Part shown: piece after piece, positions 25,501-34,521 of the stretch
How positions within the stretch are numbered: position 1 is the stretch's first letter
Layout of the letters: every line of letters starts with the position of its first letter
Source of the DNA: Mobula birostris
Lineage: Eukaryota
Direction of reading: 5' to 3'
Assembly: GCF_030028105.1 (NCBI RefSeq)
Contig: NC_092374.1
Span: forward strand, 186,032,638 to 186,096,637
DNA length: 64,000 nucleotides
Made by a program: the position numbers and the translations under genes
The notes under the pieces: model-generated
Database searches by the model: none
What the model saw: the letters and a program-made list of their open reading frames with translations, nothing else
Told to the model about the DNA's origin: nothing

Positions 25501-28500
25501 CAGAAAACCAGCCTCACACACATACTTTCTGTCTGTATTCTATGCAGATAACCTACATCACCTTGACCCATTATCGCCGAAGCCCCGTTGAGCCAAAGCC
25601 TTCCTACTCTAGCTCCCTGTACTCTGACACCCACTTCTCCGATGACCGCTGTATAAATGTCTTCTTTTTAAACTCATCGCACTGTTCTCACTGGCTGACG
25701 TCCACGCAATTGCGCAGTCGTGCCCCGTTCAAAAGGCTGAAGACATTTTTTTTCCTCCTGATTCAGTGGACAATGAGCAAAGAGTAGTGGTTAGAAATTG
25801 AAATAATGTATTGTCATCTACCATAATCCTTGGACCGTTCTATTTTGCTGATGAGTAGCCACTTTCTGTGGATGGTAGCCATGGTAACAGTTGGTAATCT
25901 GTTTCCCTAAAAATAACCACACTAAGCCATGATATGTGCTCCTTTTAATTTGTTATTTATTTATGAGATACAGTGTGGAATATGCCCTTCGAGCCGTGCC
26001 GCCCAGCAATCCCTCGATTTAGTTCTTGCCTCATCATGGGACAATTTGCAACGATCAATTGACCTCCCAGCCAGTATGCCTTTGGACTGTGGGAGGAAAC
26101 CCTTGCAGTCAAGGGGAGAATGTACAAACTCTTTACTGGCTGCAGTGGGAATTGAACCTGGGACGCTGGTACTGTAAAGCGTTGTGCTAACCACTACACT
26201 ACCGTGTGGTCCCATGGTAACGTAGCTCTTCTACGACTTGCATCTTAATCCCTGGTCAGGTGACTTGCTGAGGAGCCGGGGTTAGCAACGTGTCTTCTGG
26301 GCCTGGGGAAAGAATATCCATCACGCCCCAAGTTTTGCATCTTCTGTCAGTTTGGAATGTTACTCAAAGTTGTTCATTCTTGGCTGGCACAGCAAGTTGC
26401 TGTCTAGTAAGTGCTCCTGAGAGGGCATGTAGAGCACGTTGGTACAGGCGTGAAGTCACAGGCTGGTGAAACGGGGCAGGGGCTGGCGCTTTCCCATCCC
26501 TGCAGGAGATGAAGGGAACAGTAGGCTTGTTGCAATTCATAGCAAATCCCTTTGTCATCTCTGTGTAACATTGTTCAAAGTTATTTTTTAATTGCAGGTT
26601 TTCATCAAGAGGACGTTGCAATAATTGTTCTGTCGGTGATCTCTTCAGTGCTTTCTATTTTGCAGTGCTCGCAGTGCTTGCTGCTGAAGACAGACAGAGG
26701 TATTTATCACTGTGTCCCAAATAAATGAAAGGAATCCTGGTTATTTTCTCGAGTTAATTTTTGTTCTTTAAGAATTGTCTCAAATAAGTGGCTGCCCTGA
26801 TTAACCGATGGCCCAGTTAACTGGAATCCACTGCACGTACTGTAGAGCTCACCATATACTAAGTGGAGTTTCATTTTCTTGCAGGCCTTTACAGGAAAGT
26901 AAAGAAATACATTCGAATTTATGAAAAACCTTTACATAAAGACTCTCGAACAGCCAATGTGCAAAAGAAAACAAATTGTGCAAATAATTTAAATAAATAA
27001 TATTGAGAACATGAGTGGTAGAGTCCTTAAAAGTGAGTCTGTAGGTTGTGGAATCAGTTTAGAGTTGAGACGAGTGAGTGAGGGGGCTAAGCACACAAAC
27101 TGTGCTGATGGTAATTGTGGAGGAGATGTCGTTGCCAATCTGAACTGACTGGGATCTGCAAGTGAGGAAATCAAGGAGGGATTGATTACAATTGTTGACT
27201 TACACAGGGAGGTATTGGGGCATTCAAATTTCAGGGCTGGAATTTGAAGGGTCACACATAGCCTCTCTCTCTCTCCCCCTCTCTCACGCATGCCCTTCTC
27301 TCGTGCACAGCACTCGCACACTCAGCTCCCTCCCTCCTTCTCTGATACGCATAAGCTCTTCAAATCCCAGTTGAGCAGCACTTCTTGGAGAGTAACGGAG
27401 GGTCCCGATAGATGCTGGACCAACCAGCAAAACCCCAATGAATTAAAAGCACCAGGGGAAGGAGAGGTGTCCCTCGGACCACATGCTGGAAGATCCCTCA
27501 AAACTGGTTCATCAGTTGCCAGTGGGCTCCCTGGACAAACACCACTTGTTCACTGCTTAGTGTCTCTGCATTCAGGCATTTTGGCCTGCAGCCCCATTTG
27601 GGGAACAGTTTCCACCCTGGACTAGAACACTGTCTAGTGCCCGAGAGCATCCGGGTACAGTGATGACCCAGTCCTCGGTCTCGCAGCAGAGTTCAGGGTG
27701 AAACTGCAACTTCTGGGCTGCTGTAGGTTAATGCTACCCCAGCTCCCATAATCATTGGGATGATGCACACATGATTCACATTGCGTCCTTTCCTCCTCCA
27801 CTGGGCTCACACACAGGGAGACTGCATTCTATCTGTCTTTTCGGTATTCAGCCCATGGATAATCAGATGGCATACTACGAGATGAGCTGTTTTCTGGTGC
27901 TTTTTGCTCCTCTCTGCTGTCTCCTCTTTGCTGCCAGTGTCCGTCAGCTCTGAGACTCCTCCAGTGCTCTGGTGGCTACTCCACCCCCGGGCTGGTATTT
28001 GAGTTGAGTGCCACCAGCAGCCTGACTCATCCCGAGTCCCACCTCCGTTACCGCGAGCTCGCTCTCTGATTCCTGTGTCCAGCCATTTATGTAGGTCTCA
28101 CATTTGGACTGTTCTGGATTTTTCTTGATTGCAGCTGTGAGGCGGGTCAAATGCTTGAGGCAGTTCCTGGGTATCTGTACCTTCATGACCTACGTCACGA
28201 CCCTCATGACCTGTGTCGCAACCCTCACCAAACTTATCCCCACGAAAGGTACGTGTGTGATGTTCTGCATGTGCATTGTTCTGATCAGTGTGGGATTCAG
28301 CACACCCCTCCACCTTCACGTCCAGCACCCAAGGACAGGCAGGGTGGGTATCTGGACTCCAGAAGGCATGTGAAGGAACTGGTAAATTAAAGGCATAATT
28401 ATAAAGCTTGGAAAACAGTTGTTGGTTCAGTGCGGGGAGCCAGTGTGTAGGGGTAACCTGCAGGGGCTGAAGTTGGTGGGATTTGGGTCATGGTGCTGTA

Positions 28501-31500
28501 CAGGAATGTGTGGTGGGCCTTTTGGAGGAAGGAGGTGGAATCTTTCGCAAGGTGATTTCCCAGGATGCTGCCTGGACTAGAGCTGGTCTCCTAGGACAGG
28601 TTGAGCGAGCTAGGTCTTTCTCATCAGTGGAAAGGGGGATGAGGGGTGACTTGAGAGAATTATACAAGGTAAGAAGCGTAGATCGAGTAAATAGCCAGAG
28701 ACTTCTTCCCCAGGGCTGAAACAAGGAGGCACAATTTTAAGATAGGTATAGAAGAGATGTTAGAGGCAGTTTTGTTTAATACACAGAGATTGGTGGGTGT
28801 GTGGAATACCCTGCCAGGGGTGGTGAAAGAGGTAGATACATTAGGGGCATATGAGAAACTCTTGGGCACTTGGAGGAGAGAAAAAATGCAAAGCTATGTA
28901 GGATGAGAGGAAAATGGAGAGTGATGAAGGAGGGATGGGTTCGATTGATCTTAGACTAGGTTAAGAGGTGGACACAACACCATCTGACAAGGGCTCTACT
29001 GTTCTGTAGAGTGCTATGCAACTGGTCCTTGGATTGACTGGGCTGATGATGTGAAATGCGACTTTACCAAGTTGGTCAAGTTTGACCGGAGAGGTGACAT
29101 TGTGAACTAACCCCCCGCCTTGTCTTTCTCCCCGGGCCTCCTGCCCCATGATCCTCTCATAATCCCTTTGCCTATCACCTGTCCAGTTCTTGGCTCCATC
29201 CCTCCCCCTCCTGTCTTCTCCTATCATTTCGGATCTCCACCTCCCCCTCCCACTTTCAAATCTCTTACTAACTCTACCTTCAGTTAGTCCTGACCAAGGG
29301 ACTCGGCCTGAAGCGTCGACTGTACCTCTTCCTAGAGATGCTGCCTGGCCTGCTGCATTACCAGCAACTTTGATGTGTGTTGGTTGGGGCATCTGGGACC
29401 AGGAGACCTGGGGCCAGGGTCAATTGCATAGTACTGTTCTGTTTGTTTTAATATTAGGAATCGCTTTTCCCCAGAGTGAAAAGAAGTAATGTTCTGTCTG
29501 GAAATTCAATGGGGCACGAGGGCATCAGTCACTTTTGCTTGGCCGGTGATGTCATTCCCTGTATGACAATTTCCGGTAGGGGAACTGCAAGTTAATTGGA
29601 CCATGCTGTCCTGGGAGTTCCCACCACTGGGCAGTCCCAGGGCCATTCTCTTTCATCACTGCAGCTCCAAACTCTAGGATGCCTTCCAGATGTTAGTCAC
29701 TGAACTTCATCCACGGGGACTTCAGAGTGTCCTGGCTTTTCTCCACCCACACCTCTGCACACCTGCTTGAATTGTTCACGTAAACATGTTTGCAACATTC
29801 AAGGTCAGGCAGCGTCTCTGTAGTGAGAGGTGGACAGTGAAATGCTGTCTACCCCCCCCCCCCACACTGTTTGCAACGACGTACCTCTTTGCACCAGTGG
29901 TGAACCCAGTGATGATTCTCCCATCATCTGAGTCGGTCTGGAGAGCCGGTGGTTCAGGTCTGTCACCGTCAGGTGGAGTGAGGTTAGAAATCTGTGTTTC
30001 CTTTTGCAGAGATGGGTGAAGGGCTGAGCTGAAGAAAGTGAACTGTGTGGAGGGGCGGAGACCAGGAGAGCCTCTCGAGTGTCTCACCCTGGTCTGGTCT
30101 ACCCACAGCTGGTGAGAGTGCAGTTCAGGGGAACAAATGCTAAGGGGTGTAACGAAAAGGAATAAAGAGAAATAAAAGAAAGAATGGCACTTCTGAACAA
30201 TCTATCACTTCTATAGATAAGATGAAGGAAATTCCTTAGTGATAATTTAGTCAATAGGCTACATAATTAAAACAATTACATCACATGGGTAATACTTGTT
30301 AAAAAGTACAAATTTTATAAAAAGTATTATTTTTAAAAAAGTGGTTTCCAACAAGAGGTTTCACCCTCAGGTGAAGCAGGTGAAAAGCAGATCCAGCATT
30401 GCCCCCTCTACAGGAACAGTATATAAAGCACAGTTCTGGGGAAGTTACAGAATGGAAATCCTGCGTCTTGTTGTTTAATTTCCCGTTTATTACTGAGTGA
30501 ACCGCTGACCATTGCTGTGGGGTCTTTGCTCCCCAGGTTCGGACCCTGTCGTAGTAGCGGTTTATTGCACAGTGTCCCTTCAGCTTCTGACTTTGGGTCT
30601 GCTGCTCGTTGTCCAGAGGCTGGACTGTTTCAGAAAGAGGGCAGGTAAGAGACTGGGTCATTCATTGTACAACCTCTCAGTGAAGGAAAGGAATGGAGGG
30701 TTATGGGCTGAGTGCAGGTCGGTGGGACTAGATGAGAGTAAGAGTTCGGCACAGACTAGAAGGGCCAGGATGGCCTATTTCCGTGCTGCAATTGTTATAT
30801 AGTTATATGGTTAATGCACTGTAATTGTCACACTTTGTATTTAACAGCTATTTGGGAAAGGACCGTAGCTGGACTTCATGTCATCGTGATCATCACTTCA
30901 GTCGTTTTTTTAGCATTATTAAGTCATCCAGACTGTGAGTTTGCCTAGAGCTCTTCATCATTGTTTATGGCAATGCATGGTTTTGATCATTTTCTTTGTT
31001 ATATACACACACACACACAGTTGGTTTATTGATCACTGCAGAGTGGTTCTCTGCTGCTTCCTGCTTCCTCCTCTCTCCTTTCCCCAACCACGATGCCCCT
31101 CTCCCTGACCCCTTCCCACTCTCAGTCCACAGTAGAGACCCATTTCAGATTCAGGTTTATCATCATTCACAAATGGCATGAAATCTGTTTAACTTTGTTT
31201 CCAGCAGCAATACATAAACTTACTACTGTACTGTCTCAAAGTGTTAGGCACCCAAGCAAGACTGTACTTAGGAGACAGAAGGGATGAACTTGGAAAAGTT
31301 AATAATTATGAAAGGCAGAGATGAGCTGGACAGTCTTTTCCCCAGGGTCGGGAAGTTGAAAACACGAGGGCATAGATTTAGGTTGAGAGGGGAAAGATCT
31401 GAAACAGACCTGAAGGACAGTTTCTTTTAAAACAGAGTGTGATCAGGGTATGGAACAATTTAACAGAGGAACAGGTTGAGACAGGTACAATACCAGAAGC

Positions 31501-33295
31501 TCTGGGAAGTGTTTAACACCTGGACAGGTACATGGAGGGACGGGCCATGCACCATCCTGTCTTTGCCATTGCTCTGTGAGTTTGCTGTGGAAGGTGCATT
31601 GGATGTTTATTGTATTGTGGATGTGGGCACTTGGTGTCAGTTTACTCAGTTTCATCATGTTGCACATTTTCAGATCAAGGCTGTGAAAGCAGCTTTATTG
31701 TCTGGATGGTATTCTTTGGAGCAGTGATCGTGGGTGCTGTGGTCTTTCTCTTCAACTTCATGGTCGAACACCGTAAGTAAATACCAAACCATTCAGCAGC
31801 TGCTGTATCGCTTCCCAGAGTAAAGACCTTCCCCCGATCTCACAGCCGCTTCAGCTCCTACGAGGGTTTCCCGGGCTCTGCTTGAGTTCCCTCACGGAGC
31901 TGCTGGCCGTGCAGGTGGGGTTTTGGACTCCTGCTGGGACGTAGAAGTGAACAACTTCCCAGCTGAACTCCAGTGATACCCCACTGGGCTCCGTGGAGAC
32001 TGATGGAGAGGTCTGACAGAGCGCAGAATAGGCCCCTCGAGCCGTGCCGTCCAGCAAACCTCAATTTAATCCGAACTTAATCACAGGACAGTTTGCAGTG
32101 GTACGTCTCTGGACTGTGGGAGGAAACCCACACGGCCATGGCGAGAGCGTACAAACTCCTTACAGGCAGTGGCGGGAATTGGACCCAGGTTGCTGGTACA
32201 GTAAAGCATTGTGCTGACCACTACATTACTGCGAAATCTGTAAAGGATCGATTTCTTAGATGGAATCAAAGATGCAAATAAAGGCATCAACACTGAAGAA
32301 ACAGCACCAGATATTTTGTTAAAATAGATTCCTACTGTTTGTCAAAATTTCATTTTATGTGTTTAGAAATTGACTAATTTACACCTAAAAATTAATACAT
32401 TGTGTGTTCATAATGCTGCTCTCTCTTGGACACTGATTCACCCAGCCCAGAGAATCTGGGGTACATACTGTGACCTCACTGTAGCACAGGGGGGCTCACC
32501 GGATCCAGAACCCATGTCTTACAGAAATTGCCCCATAACTTAAGAAAGAATTTTTTTCAGGTTTGCAATAATGAAATGTTTACAATAGTACAAGATACAG
32601 TGTGTGTTCTGAGTTAATTATGGTTGTGTTAGAGTAAATGTTGGAAATTATCATTAAAATGAAAGGACAAGGTGTTAAGGTTTATGTTGAGAATTCAGGA
32701 GAATGGTTTTGAGAGGGAAAATAAGTCAGCCATGATGGAATAGTGGAGCAGACTCGATGGGCCAAATGGTCTAGTTCTGCCCCTATGTCTTATTGTTTTA
32801 GAGGATGTGTAGGCAGGGCGATGTGATGTGGGTAGCTACAGGAAAGAGATGTTCCTGCTTTACATAAAGATTAGTTTACAAACAGCTCTTGGGAACTGAA
32901 GTCTTGTGTAACACCGGGTCTATCTGTATACAGTTACTCTTGAAGTTATAGAACTACTTTGTCTATTCACATTCCCCAGTTAACTTGTAGAGATTGCCTG
33001 TTATTGAAATATTCTCTGTGAGTTGGTACCTGGATTCCTCAGTCTGCCGCAGTCTCTGTAGGCATGTCCTTCTCTGCCTGTCACCCTTCCCCTTGGTGTG
33101 ATGCTTCTGTTGATTGACTGGGATTCACCTACTTCCTGTAACAAATGCACTTTTGTCATTTTAGTATCCTGCAGAAAGGAAAATTCTGAAATGGACCCAC
33201 CAGATCCCACAGCTTCTGATGAACTTCTGATGTCTGATTTAAAAAGCGTACATCAGTCTTCATTTTCAGACGACATTCCCAGTTCGAAGCCTTAA
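7194..33295 (+). CDS. Spliced gene model, 9 coding exons, 422 aa: signal peptide-IgV-IgC2-5TM-acidic tail (CD2/CEACAM-like ectodomain on a CD47-like pentaspan module)
   Basis: join(7194..7251,19031..19339,21529..21789,26598..26699,28135..28248,30537..30644,30848..30934,31674..31772,33165..33295). All introns are GT-AG and phase 1, and the frame is open throughout (1269 nt). Basic loops follow TM1 (KTDRAVRRVK) and TM3 (RLDCFRKR), consistent with N-out/C-in topology. The last exon is less certain. Confidence 0.8.
7637..9017. mobile_element. Two adjacent CR1 fragments in opposite orientation (7637-8052 minus; 8053-9017 plus)
   Basis: ORF 7700..8053 (minus) and ORFs 7912..8652 / 8646..8939 (plus, [16 protein letters not shown]). 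Confidence 0.9.
9165..11705 (+). mobile_element. Penelope-like retroelement (degenerate RT + GIY-YIG endonuclease + terminal repeat)
   Basis: [40 protein letters not shown] (RT); [27 protein letters not shown] (GIY-YIG). Confidence 0.92.
11712..12585 (+). mobile_element. CR1 LINE 3' fragment (second subfamily)
   Basis: ORFs 11739..11954, 12037..12297, 12257..12508. Confidence 0.9.
12950..14742 (+). mobile_element. Rex1/Babar-type non-LTR retrotransposon, internally deleted; RT C-terminal half is an open ~300-aa frame
   Basis: [44 protein letters not shown]; 3' end gggatcaataaag(tatgac)n; APE remnants upstream. Confidence 0.88.
15790..18232 (+). mobile_element. Cluster of CR1 3' fragments
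   Basis: ORFs 15817..16248, 16608..16820, 17134..17391, 17413..17604 and repeated CR1 tails. Confidence 0.85.
17768..17969 (-). mobile_element. tRNA-derived SINE inserted in a CR1 fragment
   Basis: Minus-strand head GGCCGGCTGGTGGTGTAGTGG (A box)...CTTCGGA...GAGTTCGAATCC (B box). Confidence 0.65.
18545..18960 (-). mobile_element. CR1 3' fragment just upstream of the IgV exon
   Basis: ORF 18536..18931. Confidence 0.8.
19031..19339 (+). CDS. Exon 2, V-set Ig domain without cysteines (CD2/SLAM/CEACAM N-domain type)
   Basis: Acceptor ttttcttttcttgccctcatcag|, donor TTCG|gtgagt. Motifs [34 protein letters not shown]. Confidence 0.92.
19880..20160 (+). mobile_element. Abundant SINE-like repeat (further copies ~20600-20760 +, 25960-26215 -, 32030-32232 -, 50375-50560 -, 60870-61140 +)
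   Basis: Shared core gttcaattcc...ctgtaagga gtttgtacgttct...ccggtttcctcccaca..caaag recurs in the window. Confidence 0.65.
20787..21395. mobile_element. Second-family Penelope-like fragment: GIY-YIG C-terminus with inverted terminal repeats (20787-20963 minus, 21222-21395 plus)
   Basis: [24 protein letters not shown]; the two ~175-nt arms align as reverse complements. Confidence 0.75.
21529..21789 (+). CDS. Exon 3, C2/I-set Ig domain
   Basis: Acceptor tctttctgccctttag|, donor TCTG|gtgagt. [34 protein letters not shown]; four N-glycosylation sequons (NVS, NRT, NAS, NHT). Confidence 0.92.
22170..25740 (-). mobile_element. Near full-length degenerate CR1 LINE: ORF1 (zinc finger + SGNH esterase) and ORF2 (APE + RT), antisense in intron 3
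   Basis: [32 protein letters not shown] (ORF1); VVVGDFNFP (APE); [20 protein letters not shown] (RT). Confidence 0.92.
26598..26699 (+). CDS. Exon 4, TM1 ([34 protein letters not shown])
   Basis: Acceptor ttattttttaattgcag|, donor AGAG|gtattt; 102 nt, phase 1-1; hydrophobic stretch. Confidence 0.82.
28135..28248 (+). CDS. Exon 5, TM2 ([38 protein letters not shown])
   Basis: Acceptor tttttcttgattgcag|, donor AAAG|gtacgt; 114 nt, phase 1-1. Confidence 0.82.
29120..29385 (+). mobile_element. Penelope terminal-repeat fragment
   Basis: Matches the shared repeat; degenerate hammerhead at 29286-29321. Confidence 0.8.
30537..30644 (+). CDS. Exon 6, TM3 ([36 protein letters not shown])
   Basis: Acceptor tctttgctccccag|, donor GCAG|gtaaga; 108 nt, phase 1-1. 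Confidence 0.87.
30848..30934 (+). CDS. Exon 7, TM4 ([29 protein letters not shown])
   Basis: Acceptor ctttgtatttaacag|, donor GACT|gtgagt; 87 nt, phase 1-1. Confidence 0.87.
31674..31772 (+). CDS. Exon 8, TM5 ([33 protein letters not shown])
   Basis: Acceptor ttgcacattttcag|, donor CACC|gtaagt; 99 nt, phase 1-1. Confidence 0.88.
33165..33295 (+). CDS. Putative terminal exon, acidic cytoplasmic tail ([43 protein letters not shown])
   Basis: Acceptor cttttgtcattttag| is phase-compatible and the other two frames stop early. An alternative phase-2 acceptor exists at 33174/33175. Confidence 0.55.
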
Positions 33296-33517
33296 CAGTC
33301 TGAACTCAGTCTTGATGACACCTTGGTTTCCCAGCCAAATGCTGAGTCACAGGATCTTGTGTACTGGAGAACGAAGAGAAGAGCTGTGCAGTTGAAAACG
33401 AAAGCCTGGATACGAACAACTTGGAGTCATAGAAAACTACAACACATCTCGTCCGTGCTGAACCATTTCAATTGCCTAGTCCATCGACCTGCACCCCAAA
33501 CATCCAGAGGTTCATAG

Positions 33518-34521
33518 TGTCACGAACCCCGTGACCGGAATGAAGAACCAGCAGAGATGGAAAACACTTTGGAGTCTAGTATTGCTATAAACTAATAATA
33601 TTTATTCCTAACTATGCAATACAGTAAGATAAATGTAGATGAATCAAACCGGTTAGCAACGATTATTGTTACATGCGCAAGAAGATCTGTTTTTTTTTGT
33701 GAGAATGATGTAATGGTCTTTTGGAGGTCACCTGATGTGATTTTCCCGCCGATGTGAGGTCACGTGATGACACGTGCACCATGAGTATATAAGGGTCGAC
33801 CCAGGTGACGCAGTTGGTTTTTAGTTTGTAGATTTCCAGGTAGAACGTGCTGTATCTCCGTTTCTGTTGCGTGTTTGTTTTTGTGACGCAGTTTCATTTT
33901 TAAAACGGAGTGTTGCGTTCGGTTGCAAGATACCATATTATTGGACTGGAAATTTTTGCTGGATGTGTCGATTTACTCAATTCCAACAGTAGAAGGGAGA
34001 GTGAAGAATTTATCGAAGTACAGGATCGAGAGGAGTCGGCATCTTTTGGCAGTTTAATAAAGGATCGAACTTATTGAGTCTTCGTTAGAGGAGTACGACC
34101 TGCATCGAGGATAACTCTTGCCAAACAGAGCAAGGAGTTCATGCAAAAAGGTGCTCTCTCTCTCTAAAGGAATTTAAGGTCAGTCGATTTAAACTGTTTA
34201 TTTTCGGCATCGTGAATCCTGTGGACAGAACCAGCAGGAAAGTTTCATCTGTGAAGAAACCCTTCTCCAGAGAAGTCTCTCCCAATTGAACGTGTAAATG
34301 TGTTGGACTTTCGAAGTTATCGCTTTAAGAACTGTTTTCGCATTTAACGCTTTTAAGAACCAGAGCTGAGTGATGGGTTGCTGAACGGCTGCGTACCTGT
34401 TAACTTCCAGTTAAAGTTTTCGTTTGTTTTTTTCCTTATCGTTTATCCGTGTTTAATAAATGCTTGGTTGTTTTTATATAACCTGTCTCGGTTGATATTC
34501 ATTGTTGCCAGTTACGTAACA
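33518..34521 (+). repeat. 5' LTR of a Gypsy element (~1.0 kb)
   Basis: TGTCACGAAC...GTTACGTAACA termini, TATA-like tatataa at ~33786, aataaa at ~34455; followed by PBS TGGGGGCTCGT (34529-34539, complementary to the tRNA-Pro 3' end). Confidence 0.9.

Noticed and set aside
29400-29489. Hydrophobic stretch [12 protein letters not shown] as a sixth TM
   Set aside because: It is the tail of a Penelope-derived ORF and lacks a compatible acceptor/donor pair.
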